Source: Phoronis australis
Taxonomy: Eukaryota > Animalia > Phoronida
Assembly (NCBI GenBank): GCA_002633005.1
Contig: NMRA01000048.1
Span: 374,763-438,762, forward strand
DNA length: 64,000 nt
Reading direction: 5' to 3'
The notes below the pieces were generated by a model, which did no database searches, was not told the origin of the DNA, and saw nothing but the letters and a program-made list of their open reading frames with translations. The position numbers and the translations under genes were made by a program. Below are positions 13,451 to 63,839 of this stretch, in pieces. Within the stretch, counting starts at the first letter, position 1, and each line of letters starts with the position of its first letter.

Positions 13451-14705
13451 TGTTAAGGTTATCGCAAACTTATCTCCTAACCTCCATTCTAACTCATGTT
13501 TAAAAAACCTGGCCACGTTTTATTAAAAATATGCATTTTCTGAAAGAAAAAATATCAGAAATTGTAAAAATATGTTTTTATATTTATATGTCATTATTAT
13601 TACGTTACCACCTTTAAGTCGAAATGTCACTGGTAAGAAAGGTACTCCTATAGGAAAATAGTCCTTCGGTCAATTTTAATGAGACCCTTTTTAAATGAAA
13701 ACTTCACAATGGTTTACCTAAAAAGTGCCGAATTAACTCGCAAAACGTAGTTCATTTTTTGAAAATAGCACTGTCGTATTTGTCAATCTTACGGTACGAA
13801 AAATTAGGCTGATGAAAGGAAAACCCTAACAGCATTTTTGAGATTGATAAATGAATGTTACAATTGGACAGTTTGGGTGAAACTCACCGAACCGTGTTTG
13901 AGAACTCTTGTTCCTGTATAAAAAATAATTGCAGGCGGTCTGGCACACGTTGTACCAGACGTGCGCTGGCCGCGCATGTGGGCCCATTGCACTGATCTCT
14001 TGTTCCTAAGTTCAAATTAAGTTGATTTGCCGAAGCTGAGAAAAAGCCTCAAACGGTTACTAATCACCAAAATTCATGCTCAGTGTTATCGATTAATTAT
14101 TCGGTAAAAATGTATTTATGGTTAATATAACAAGTCATGCTATTACCTTGTTTGCTATTTCAACATTCACTCGTGATGTCAAATTGCATTGGCACTGAAC
14201 TTATTTATCACTAATTTTGTAATACGGGCTACTATACATTGAATGAAACTAGGTCAGTGTAGGAGTTTAACTCTTCATGGCGGTACATTGTAGTTCAGAA
14301 ACGACTTATAATTTTCTGAATATTAAACTTATTGGTAGGTTGGGAAGTATTAGAGACTACGTGTTGCGGGATGTCGGTGAATGTAACTTAAAACGTTTGT
14401 TATTAGTGTCAAGATGGCAGTAATCAATCGTTCCCATGAGGTAAATTCGTATGTTTTCTGTGATGAATTAATTTTACAATCGTCCTTGGCACTAGGTATA
14501 ATTATAGGCCCCCGTACTGTTGTAAAGGTGTCCAGATCGAGTTCCCCTTTATAGTGTTATTTGTCATTGCATAACCTTCTAAGTGAAATAAATCATGGAC
14601 ATCGGAGTAAGAGACCCATATTACCTGCCAAGTAAGCAAATTACGTCAAATGACTCGGAGACATCGTTACAGCGACCAGCGAAGGGAGGGGGGGGGGGGG
14701 GGGGG

Positions 14706-14895
14706 NNNNNNNNNNNNNNNNNNNNNNNNNNNNNNNNNNNNNNNNNNNNNNNNNNNNNNNNNNNNNNNNNNNNNNNNNNNNNNNNNNNNNNNNNNNNNNN
14801 NNNNNNNNNNNNNNNNNNNNNNNNNNNNNNNNNNNNNNNNNNNNNNNNNNNNNNNNNNNNNNNNNNNNNNNNNNNNNNNNNNNNNNNNNNNNNNN
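14706..14895. other. Assembly gap (190 N) flanked by poly-G runs
   Basis: Run of N bounded by G homopolymers. Confidence 1.
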
Positions 14896-15755
14896 GGGGG
14901 GGGGGGGCAATGATCCGAAAGCCTTCGTCGACTGGAGCTATAATTAAGGGGCGCCGATGTCTACAGGGTAGGGGGATGCAAGGAGCCTTTGTCGACTAGG
15001 GGAAGGGGCGCCGGCCAAGGACGAGGCCAATGAATAAGGAGCTACTGAGGTGTTCTCTTAACGCCGGGGGGCCGGGGGGCATGAAGCCTTAATTTGACCT
15101 GGGACCGTCGACTAGGGGATACGCCAAGGATCAGGTGTCAACAGGGGAGTCAGGGAGCCTTTCTCGATCGACTTGGGGAGGGGGCGCCAAGTGTCGTGTC
15201 AACACTGAGCCCGCGCGGCGTGGGAGAACGAACAAAGGGGGTCTACTGAACGCGCGTGAGTGAGGTCATCGTCGTGGTGCGCCGGGTATATCAGATTAAG
15301 GGAAGTGGAGGGAGGGAAAGGAACGAGTTGAAGTAATGTGTGGGATCGGGGCTAGTGTCTTCAGTTTGCGAGCAAAGGCGCGGCCGCGGCCGGGCGGGTG
15401 CGGGACCGTCCGGGTCCGAAATTATAGTGGCTACCCCATAGTTCACAGTCAATTTAGACCCCATTAAAAAGCGACCCGGGTAATTTTTAACATTGAAAAA
15501 CTACCCGGGGTCATTTTAATAAAAAAAAAACTTTCACGGGTCATTTTTTTAGTTCAGTATCCGCATCCACACGGGCCCGGCGCCCGGCGCCGGTGTGCCG
15601 CGGCGGATAGACCTATGCGGCCGGCCGGGTTAGCCTACTGGTATTTTGAGATCACGGCAAGGATGCTCAGATGATCATGACAGTGTTCAACCGCGGTTTG
15701 GTGATTAAAGGGTTGCAGCTCATGAATTAGTGGAGAGGCACAGCCATAGGGATGA

Positions 15756-17559
15756 CAGGTGTCGCGTGAAATTTCTTCCCCATGAAATTGCAAAGATGCA
15801 TGATCGCAAGTACAGTGAGAGTGACGTGAAGAAGTGTTTGAAAGATGGGTCCCTTCCGTTAACTTTGACGCAAGGCTTTACGAAGTTGTGGCAAGGACTT
15901 TCGCCGTTTCGGCTAGGTAAGTCGACTAAGACTAAAGTGATAGGCCTACTTCAATTATTATTGACCCTTGTTTAAAAAATTAGGTACGCGAAATCTGTAG
16001 AGGCTACATTTGCTATAATAAAATTGAAGTAAGTTTTTTTTTGTAAAGCAAGGTTATCACGTCATTCGTCAAACCCTGTGGTATTGTACTTAGTCTCTGC
16101 ATCGAGCCAAAATATTTACAGATTACTCCAGCCTAGGATTAGTAGACACCCTGGAAAATGATATATTTTCTAATTCTCAACGTTGAAAGTCAATATATTT
16201 TCTGTGTGGTATTAATTAGCTGAGTCATGGATCATGTATTGTTTGATTTAAATAAAGGTGAAATCACAAAAAAATTGTTACCAGTTTTCTAAATTGTCTG
16301 GATTAGAACAAACAATTTGAATAAAAACTACCATGCAAACCCTGCAGTGTTAAAGAACTTACTTAACTAAAGTAAACACTTAAGTTGGTTCTCACTGTTG
16401 TTACTAGTTCTCGTGGAGAATATTGTACAGTTGTTCTTCAGCATTCATATACTGATGTGAGGCCTTCAATTTCTTTGGTCGAGGAATATTTTTATTCAAC
16501 ATTTTTAGTCTTTGCGAATTCTCAAGATTGATAACTTTGTTTTTCAAGGTTTGATAGGCACCTTATTTCAATTGACGCAGGATACTAGTTCGTCTTGTTC
16601 CCGCATGAAGTAAGAAATTCCGACTACATATATATTTGCAAGTTCCTTGATATACAACACTATGGAATATAACCATGCATGACAGACTTAAAATAGTTTT
16701 GTTTATCAAGGATAATTGATCTCAGGCATTTTAGGAGCGCTCCACGCGCTCAGGGCGCATTCAAAGATTTTTAATCTGCGAATTCAGTTTCCTTAGCAAA
16801 AAGTGCAAATGTTCTACTTCAAGTTTTACCCATTGTAGCTGTGATGGTCCATTTTTCCCACGCTCAGATCGGGGTGACGATATGAAGAGCGTCCCACCGC
16901 GACGGGCCTAAGGTCGGGCGACGCCCAGGCCAGGAAATGAAATTCAGAAATATTTTAATCTTATGAATCAATTATAAGTATATAGTCTACAGAATGTCCC
17001 TTTTTTGAAAGAGCTTTTTACTAATTTGCCTTTCCGGCAACAGAGGACTTGCCCGGTCCGGATGCACTCCACGGCAGTCAGGGGCACTTCTACCTAGCTA
17101 ACGGGATTCCTCCCCGCAAGTAGAGAGAAAGAGACAGAGAGAGCGAGACAGAGGGTGACAGGTTTATTAACATAAGTAATATTAGCTCATAATACAGTTT
17201 ACAGAGTACAATAAAACAAACAAAAGCATGATCACAACCCGCAAAGTATAGGCCATATGTGCGCAAGCCTACTGACCGGCGACTGATTTGAAGTAAATCT
17301 GATTACAGTTCATTTACCAATGTCTAACATAACAATGGCAATTGACTAAAATCGTTACATTATCACACGTCACGTAGTGAATTTCTAATTTTAGGCTTAT
17401 TTTACAGCTGTGCTTTGCCGTCTTCGTTTGGGAAGAAATTTCACGGGGGAAGAAATTTCATGCCTTAGACGTGAAATAACTTCCCCTCAATACCGCGCAT
17501 GCGCAAAAGGGTCAGAGTGGGAAGATATTTCTCGGGGAAGAAATTTCACGCGACACCGG
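15756..17559. mobile_element. Unclassified TIR element, ~1.8 kb
   Basis: 26-bp TIR C(A/C)GGTGTCGCGTGAAATTTCTTCCCC (15756-15781 / 17534-17559, 1 mismatch) and subterminal GAAGAAATTTCA repeats; no clear TSD. Confidence 0.6.
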
Positions 17560-17640
17560 CCCCGCGGCGACCTGAGACTGTTCTGTAGTTTTGTTCTTCA
17601 CCGCTAGGTGAAGACCAGTTTCAGTCACGAATACTGTGTC

Positions 17641-17654
17641 TTCGTCATGGTTAC
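17641..17654 (+). promoter_or_regulatory. Candidate RFX X-box-like site upstream of the plus-strand gene
   Basis: TTCGTCATGGTTAC resembles the RFX palindrome GTTGCCATGGCAAC and lies ~370 bp upstream of the ATG; imperfect match. Confidence 0.3.
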
Positions 17655-18022
17655 AATATTCATGCGCAGGCTTATAAAATTCAATAAAAAACAATGAAAA
17701 TCATTTTGTTGAAATCAAAATCAATAGAATGTCACCTTTTATTATTTAAAAAATCCTTTTTGCAGGAAAAAGACCCTTTATGTTGCACCGAGTTGCAGAA
17801 GACTAAGCACTTTATTTTTATTTGTTGCAGTGGGGATGAATATCTTTGTTTGCGTAATTCGCCACGTGTGTTGATGTTTCTGAGGCTTGACGAAGAGGAG
17901 TTCTTAATTAATTTAATACAACGCCTGGTCCCGATTATCTATGATTAGAGTGTACCGATCAACAAATGCTGAAGGTGAAGGGAGAACTTCCTAGCTAAAT
18001 TAAATACGATCGCGGATTCGTG

Positions 18023-18289
18023 ATGTTGGCAGCGGATTCACCGGTTGATTTTAACACGCGAACTGTTCGTAAATTTCACGGTCAGGGACACAGCGCGGGT
18101 ACGATATTGACTTGTTTTGCCGACACTTACCCCATAATCCATACAAAATGTTACAACGTGAGAAAGTTCAAGGATCTCCCTCCTGCCGGGGAGATCCAAC
18201 TGAAGAAATTCGGGAGTCGGCCAATGCATGCTACAACAATGAGTTTAAGGAACCCAGTGAAGTTGGATTACGAAACGACTGTAAAACAT
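18023..18289 (+). CDS. Exon 1 of the uncharacterised 244-aa protein
   Basis: MLAADSPVDFNTRTVRKFHG...LDYETTVKH|gtgagt. Confidence 0.75.
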
Positions 18290-21200
18290 GTGAGTTTTGT
18301 TGCTTTATCGCAGGTTATGCGGTAAATTCGTCCCCGGAGACGTGCCGTACTTGAATACTCTGAAATACTTTTAGTTGGCGTATTGGGATTTGACTCAAAA
18401 ATAGATTTCTTACGCCATTGAGATAGATCAACAGTTAATCGGAATAGAAGTCAATGGATAATCATGTCCTACATTCTCAATCCAGTTCCAGGGAGCCCAT
18501 CACAATTCATGGTGGCTGGTGTATCCATTCACTTCTCTTCCCACTATTGAACTGCCTAACCATGGATGGACCTGTATCTCTTACTAAGACTCTTAGCCTC
18601 CAGTTGTCTTTGTTCATTAAGCAAATCTTATCAGATCTACGAGTTAATGGATATGAATGTCTTCTGAGTAAAGATTTGCAGTTTGCTTTGGAATTTGGAC
18701 CTAGCTGGTGCAGCTGGATACTTATGTATTTTTTTGATAACTAAAGGCCATTTTTAATGACTCCTGTTTCTTATTTTTAGGAATTTGGTGGTAGTAAAGT
18801 GCTGCCACCTAGCCGACGACCTCCAATATGTCAATCAATGCACACGTCACACTTCCAGTATGCTCACAGAGGTCATCCCATGGATTTCCAGAATGACACA
18901 CATCACAGGAGACAGTACTATGACAAAGGAACACAACCAGTGAGTTTGAATTACAAAGGTTAAGTCCCGTGTAGATATAAAATTTTGACACGGCAGTAAA
19001 TAATGTTATGACAAACCAGCCACAATGTGTGCAAAAGTTTGCTGCCAGCCTGCGAAACCTAAACTGCACACATAATGGATTAATGGGTGTGCTCCAGTTG
19101 TATGCATTGTATCCATTGTATCCATTGTTTGCTCCCAGGGAATTGAGAAGGATTAAGATTGACCAGGTCTGTAGTCTAGTAATAACTTTTGAAGTACTTA
19201 TTAATTTACAGCACTCTGTAAATCTGGCTTATTTGTTATTATTGTTTGTTTTTGACATTTCAGTTTCACTTGACTGGGTCCAAAATGTCGAAATGTCTCA
19301 TGCTAAGCAAGCGGATCCACTTTTAAGTTTTAAAACTGTATTCACCTTTCAGGCTCGGCAGGTGCACTATCCTACCTTGAACAATAAGATGAAGATGAAC
19401 ACAGGCGAAGACATGAGGACTGTGATACACGCCGACCAAGACACAAACTACTTCACACAGTACAATAAGATACACAACAAACTGGGTGCAATGTTAGGAC
19501 CAGGCGTGAGGCGCCCCTATTTCAATAGGAGACAATATAATATCATAACAGGTAGGTTCAAATAACGGTTATTCACAACATGACTTGATCATTTTGAAGT
19601 TATGTTCTCTTTTCACTTACTGTCTAACTTTGAAATCAAGAAATGTGTCCATCAGGCAAGTCTTTTAAGGCAAGCAGAAAAACTGGATGTAGTTGCACCA
19701 CTGTTCGTCTATTCTGTTAAATTTCAAAATTACAGCTTGCCAGACACAACTCAATTTTTGCTGAGTAATAAGCTAAAAACATGTTTTGAGTTAGATAATG
19801 GCAATTATAGTTCATCCTCATGAAGTAATTAATTATTTTAAAATTCAATTCCTATCGTTTTTAATTCACTGAAACACTTGGAGAAATGTGTCGCTAAGTT
19901 TCCAGATTTATGATTCAATTAGAAATATTTTTTAGTTAGTCGTTATAATAAAATAATATTTTTAACACTTATTGGCCATTTTTAAAGCTTTTCTAAAAAG
20001 CTGTTATTGTTCTCAATTTCAAAAGCTTCATATATTTCACATTCGATTGAAAAATAAAGTTATCAAAAACTCTGCATGGATTGAAAGCTCATTGATATCA
20101 AATTTAAGATTTTGTGACTTTGGAAAAATTTGACTAATATGTGGCTGAGAAATAAAGATGATCCTATTGCCACCACTCTTGAATTTCGAATCAAGAAAAC
20201 GCTTCAGTGTGTATGGGATTGACCAACCCTAAAGTTGTAGATTCAAAAATGGCGCATGTACACAATACCCCTAACTTGAGTTGCTGGCTCATTCAGCAAC
20301 ATTTCAGGGTTGGTAGAGCGAGGTAAAGTTTTATAAATCCCGAAGCGCTTCTATTAAGAAGGCAACTTTGACAGCGTAACAGCGGACAAGTGCCCTAGTT
20401 TAGTGTATTCGTTAGTCCAAAACTATTATGGCTGCTGGGCCTGACAAGATAATTGGCCAATTTGCACGCTGTATGTGCTATCCTGGGTTCTTTACAGTCA
20501 GCTACCATTAACATCTGATGTGCGGTGGTATAGATTAAGATCTTTATAGATGGGATCAAAAGTAACCAATTTGCATTCTTAAAGCATTTTGTTTACAAAA
20601 ATGCAGATTCAAAATCAAAGGCTAAGAGAATGAAATTTCAAAAATAGGAAAAAATTCAGCATTTAATTGCTAACTTTTTCAATAATGTTGTAAAGATTCG
20701 ACATCTTGTCGTCGACATCATCGCTAATGAGAATCACGGAAGACACTAAAATCAATTTTGGTGTCAATAAAATTTTAAATTCAAATAAATGAGGCAGAGT
20801 CTAATGGAGCTACACACACATTTTTGTTTGGTATATTAATAAAAAAATTAAAAATACCATGAACTGGGCGAAGTCACCACAGCCGCAAGCATATCTTTGC
20901 TTGGCCGTGTATTGTACGTTTAGCTGACTAGGGCCGTCTTTTGTCGCTAGAGAACAGAAAATTCGTTTTTAGTTCCATCCCATTTCTTAGGTATTAATAC
21001 TTTTCTTGTCATAATGGTATTGGTTTGATCATTCACTTGGAATTGAGAAATAAGCTGCTATTGACAAGGAACGAAAGTAATGCCTTGCCCAACGATAGAC
21101 TTATTGACTCTTACATTTTCTAGGCTGATTTGCTTTGAAGCAAGAATCTCGTGAATAAAGCTGGTGTGGTTATGTGTTTTGCTTGTAATGCATGACGATA

Positions 21201-21522
21201 TCTGGACACGAAGACTTGCATAATCTTCGTTAGATTCTTATATCTGCGGTACAGGCACCTGAGTATTCTATGTGGCAACAAATATAATGTCCTACTGGTT
21301 AGTTGGCTAAATGAGAGGAAAATCAGTTTCAATGTGTGCTTCTGTACTTTTTTAGTTGAAATGTATTTTGATGTTATAAATTGACTTTAGTGACACTGAT
21401 TGTAAACTGCAGGTCGGGAGGTCGGTGTTGCATGGTCAATGGATGATGACAACAAGCGAACCTCGGGAAACAGAGTATTGTCTGCTTCCAGAGGAGAGGA
21501 GAGGTGGAATCCTATTAGTTGA
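18023..21522 (+). CDS. Uncharacterised 244-aa protein, 4 exons; possibly a ciliary/flagellar microtubule inner protein (SAXO/Mn-motif-like repeats)
   Basis: Exons 18023-18289, 18781-18939, 19353-19551 and 21413-21522 have GT-AG introns with compatible phases (0,0,1) and give a 735-nt open frame. In-frame TAA upstream of the ATG; AATAAA at 21609-21614. Repeats LDYETTVKHEF, MHTSHFQY..DFQNDTHHRRQY, NYFTQYNKIH and a C-terminal YNIITG. The gene model is well supported; the function is inferred. Confidence 0.8.
18781..18939 (+). CDS. Exon 2 of the uncharacterised 244-aa protein
   Basis: ttatttttag|EFGGSKVLPPSRRPPICQSMHTSHFQY...DKGTQP|gtgagt. Confidence 0.8.
19353..19551 (+). CDS. Exon 3 of the uncharacterised 244-aa protein
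   Basis: cctttcag|ARQVHYPTLNNKM...RRQYNIIT|gtaggt. Confidence 0.8.
21413..21522 (+). CDS. Exon 4 of the uncharacterised 244-aa protein
   Basis: ctgcag|GREVGVAWSMDDDNKRTSGNRVLSASRGEERWNPIS*. Confidence 0.75.
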
Positions 21523-24500
21523 AATTGTTAAAAGGAGCCACTTCACAGAAAGTCTTACAAGCTGTAGTTTGTGAAAACACTAAGGTATTAACTAGTGACA
21601 AGAATATAAATAAATTCTATTGGTAAGACTTTCAATGCTGTTCACTATGTAGATGACGGTGTCTCATTTGCTCAATTCATTCTATTGGTACATGTTACCA
21701 ATTGAATGATATAAAAAACTGTTGACTTCTACATCAAGAACACTTACTGTAAATTGTTTGTTTTCTGTTGGGAATTTGGATCAACCATTTCAATGTTATA
21801 GCTGGAATTTGCTCTTTTTACATCCAACAAATTGACAAACAATTGCACTTCATAGCTATGTGGTGAAATATATATTGTTTTTATAGATGTTTGATGCAAT
21901 ATGAAACTGGTTGTTTTGATATCAACTTTCCTCATGCAACAGACAGCATACTTTCTTATTGTTTGTTTTGGGAGCTTTCATGTTTAACCTGGTGATCTAG
22001 TCAAATTTTGTAGCTTAGAGGTATGAGCAGTTTCAATGAACTATAGCCATCATAATGTTGTTTACTAAAAGTAGAATGTGAATGAACATATTTGTGTACA
22101 CGGTGAGACAGGTGCACGTAGTTATGAACTACAAATGGTGAGTATTTTGTGTAAATATAGTGTTTTTTCAATCTTCGGGGGTTTTTTGGTAAAAGCAACA
22201 TGTGATGTTGGAACTGGTGCCAGTTAAAAGCAGGCTTAAAGTTAATGAATCTTGGGCACCATTTCTTTTTCTAAAGTATACAATTATGCAGTTAAACTTT
22301 TGTCTATAAGTTGCATTCTACTAGACCGAGGTTTTATCCAGGTAATGCGCAGTTTATCTTATCGGAAGGTCTGAGTTCACGAACACAGGAACTACCGTAC
22401 CACAGCACTGCACATGATGTATGCATGTTTGACTTGTGCAAGTTTTACTGCATGGTGTTTGTCTTGTGGAAGTGTGGCAATACTGACTGGACTCTGTATA
22501 CGTATAACACTATATAACACAATATATGTATGTGTGCCTATGATGAAAAATCAAATGCTATACATGTAGGTCTAACCAGCTGGCTAGCTGTATGTAGGCT
22601 ATATTGATACATCTTTCTGCCAAAGCTACTGTGTATCATATCACTAAATCCTATAGTCAGTGTCTTAAGCAAATACAAAATTTTATGACCCAAGATTCAC
22701 AAGTCAGTACATTGATTTCTCTGATCGATCCATGTTGGACGTCTCTTGTGTTTTCAGTCGATGTGTATTGTCCCACACCAGCTGCTATGCAGCTCAAACT
22801 TATAGCTGACATGGTATTACTCAACACAGGTCTTAAACACAGTGTTCTCATATAAATATTCCTCACTTTAGGGCCGTGTGAATTAGGAAAATTTTTGCAT
22901 TTCAATTATTTTGGTGACCCAACTTTATTCCTGCTTGTTCAGAGTGCATTTTATCTGGGGTGTGAATCTCATTTAATGAATCCAGTACTTGCCTCATTCT
23001 TAAACTTAATAAATATTTACAAGTTATTCCCTTGTTTTGTGATATTGAACTAAGTTATGCAAATAGGTCATGAATTGAGGACCATATGAAACAGACAGAA
23101 ACAACAAATCAATACATGACAATCAAATGATATTTTTATTTCTCTCAAGTTTTGAGTGAAGCAATAACATAGCTAGCTGTTCTGCCAATTAACGTCAAAA
23201 ATACCAGAAACAGACATTAAAAAACTTACACTACATGTTATGAATTGAATGCATAAAACTTGCCTGCCATGGAGAGTAACTGAACTTAATTTTTTTGAAG
23301 AAAGGGTACAGCTGATGAACTTCAAAATTAAACAAATTTCATAGTCAAGCATTGAGTTATTTAGTAATTTTACTTAAGATTCATGAAAGTCTCGTTTTCA
23401 AAAAGTTCACATCTTAAAATTCGTCTCCTATAAAAAGAAAGAGTAAGAAAATTCTAGTTTATTTTTAGCTGGGTTTATATCGAGTAGATGTCCTTGAGTA
23501 ACATAATTTTTTATTACTGTTGGCAGCAAAGTAATTAGATTTTGAAAAACGGAAGTATAACAATTTTGGTACAAATGATTAAAATTATTTTTGTGCCAAT
23601 TAAGTGAAGAAGTACCGTAAGTTTGCTCAAACGGGACAATAAGTAACAAGGTGCTACTTTCTCTTAAAGTCACAACAAACCTCCATCTTGTGTCAAAATA
23701 CAATGTTTGATTTAAGCCACTTTCTATTATAAAATCAATTTCATCTTTTTGTATTATCACCTTAGAAATAACGTTTATGGATGTGAAGACCCGAATAGTA
23801 ATTGCTTCCCACCAGGCTGGTGTATATTCTTTTCACGTCATGTTAGTTTAAGTGGCTGAGGCAGAATGGCCGGTTGGGATGTTTCAGATCCTTAATATAA
23901 CCAAGGATAAGAACACAATGACGCTGCTTTATACAACCTAATGCACCTATGATGAAAATTGGTTTTGATGCCAGAACATTCATTTACAGCAGCTTTGCAT
24001 TCAATAGCCAACAATGAGTGCAACGCAATGCAGGTTATCATTTAGACAATGGTTGGAAATAAATCGAGCAATAAATTTGAAGTAATTAGCTCAACTGCAA
24101 AACAGAATTCATAAACCAGAAAGTAACGCAAGATAAGACAGCAAATTGTTTGGGCTCAAAAATTACATGGGACATGTATATGGTTGAAAGGCTAGTTTTG
24201 TTGATTTTGCATGTTAGAAGAATTCACTCAACTTTCACAGAAGTGAAAAAACGCTTCAATTTTTCATTATGTTTGGGGTGGATGGAGTTCACAAGCAAAT
24301 TTTTGGCAAGTTAAATTGCCTCCTGATTCCTTTTCTAAGTATCAAGTTGCAGTCCTCAAAGCATGTCCAATGAACCTATAAAGTCCTCTTTGAATCAACC
24401 ATAAATAGGTCAAGCCAATAGTAGCTGAACAGCATAAAATAATGTATTCCTAGCATGCTTTAAATACAAGCTGCAATCGGTGAACAATTACACCCAGAGT

Positions 24501-26741
24501 TGAACATGCACCTGTGGCATGAGCGGTTCAAACTGTTAAAACTTAAAAACAAAAAGGACTGTTTGTGATCTAACTCTTTTTAAGAAACAGACAACCTTTA
24601 TTTTATTTGCTTCAGGAAGAAATATTGTCTACTACCACAGACACTCAACTTTAACCATAGATTATAGTTTGAAAAACATGCAGCAATGCAGTCTTGCAAT
24701 AGTTTGCTGTTATCTCCACTGGTGCATATGACACCCAGTGTGCTGCTACCTGGTAAGCAGCAAGGAAATAAAATATGTTAAAAATTCTTCAGTTTGGAAC
24801 GCGATATGGCTGACAAAATATTTTTGGTCAAATTTCTCCTCAAAAGTAAGTTCTCAGAAAAATTTACTTTGCTTTAAGCATTAGCTGTAATAGCTGTCAC
24901 CAAACTGTAGCTGGTATAATTTTTGATATCTTAACAATGTTAACACACTAGGTCTACGAAAGTACTGGAGTAACTTAAGCATTTTATTATTTTTGTCCCA
25001 AATTGAAGATATTTTATAATAATTATGTATAACACTAGAAAAAAAGTGAAAGGGTGCAAACACATCGTATCAGAGTATAATGGACTTAATCGTAGTTAGA
25101 CGCGAAACATATTGCAGTCATGATGCTTGTGGATAGGCAAGAATTCGTTTTGGAAGACATAAACACCACCAGGTAAGAGTAAGGAATATGTTGTAAAGCT
25201 GTGGAGCTTTCAAACTATAACCTTCAGTTTCACAGTGAGCAAACAATGAAAAAGTGTGAAAGAAAACATAAAAGCTTCCAAGCAACATCCTATTTGTTTA
25301 AGAATGAAGAGATACAACATTTAATTAACAGACTTCAACAAAAAAAAACAACTTGCCATACTTTGAATTTCGAAAACATAAGATAGGGTTCATTTGCGCA
25401 TGGTATGAATGCAACACCAAGACTCCTAGTCCACTGAAGCAGATTTGAAACACAAAAATTACGCAAGATTACATAATGGTAACAGTACTAACATCAATAC
25501 AATAACAATAATTCTGAAACGCTCTAGTATAATTCATCACCCACTTGACCGCCGCAGAAAGTATCCATTGACTGGTCAGTTTTCGCTAAGTAATCCCTTG
25601 CTCGGACGCACACACTTGTAAGAGTACAATGCAGTCTATAGTCATGATTGCCAAAAGAAGTCCACTTACTTTTGCAGTTACAGACAACCATTTTGTGTAA
25701 AATTGAGCAGTGTGGAAACGGTAAACTTTCCTTCAAGTTAGTACAAAATAAGACAGAAAATGAAATTTCACTCAAAATTTTCAACAAATATTTTGGATTA
25801 AAGAATAGTACATAATCCAAAAATAAACAATAGGTGGTAATTGTTTGATCACTTGACTGTAGCAATGTAGTTACTGTTTGAAAACAGGTCTGCACCAGCT
25901 GTTCAGAAGTCTGGGGAAAATTTTAATATCCAAGGGCATGTACTAAGTAACACAGATGGATGCACCATTGAAAACACAGTTGTTTTAAAAATGATATCGC
26001 CAATAAGTTCTTGCTGTTCAAAAATACAAGGACGACCTATTCATTAAAACCGTTATTCCAAGTTAACTGTCAATCCAAGTGAGACCAAAACTTTTCTAAG
26101 TTTGAACAATCATGACTAATCGTAAGAAAGCAAGACACATTACACTGTGTGGTTTATCTTTTAGGAAAATTGCCATGGAAACAAAAAGAAGTGTGAAAAT
26201 GGTTTCGCAGAAAAAATGAAGCAGACGAAGTGGAAATGAAAAATTAACCAAAATCTAAGACAATTTCAAAAAAACCTATCTCTAATTTTAATAACTGTGA
26301 TGTTTCCTTTAAGTGCAATTCCAGCTTGTCAGCAGTATTTGGAAAGTAGAACCCTTCAACAAGTAATGATGCACTTAAGCTTTTGGAAGCAGTGTGCTTC
26401 CCTTGTTATTTTTGTGAAAACGTTCACTTGTATAGAGAACCATTATGCATACTCCCTACAAAATCCAAGACTGCAAAATTCCAATTAAGACTTAAGTCGC
26501 TGGCATCCTCAGCAATGGTATACAAGAATCGACAGATCCAACCCTTGATGAAAAAGCAAAATTGGTTTCTTCGTTCGAGACCCACACTGTCGGGTCTCTG
26601 CGCTTCGCCCTTCTGGTTGGATGATAAGCCGCATGTGTGTGTGTGTGTGTGTGTGCTGATCTCGTTGTTGATCATGTGACTTGACACACACTGGTGGTCC
26701 TTGTTGATGTATTTCCATGGTAAAATTTTAACCATGTTTGC

Positions 26742-63839
<37,098 letters not shown>

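Noticed and set aside
18940-18960. Alternative donor (G|gttaag at ~18958) for exon 2 of the plus-strand gene
   Set aside because: It gives phase 1, which is incompatible with the phase-0 exon 3; the GTGAGT donor at 18940 fits.
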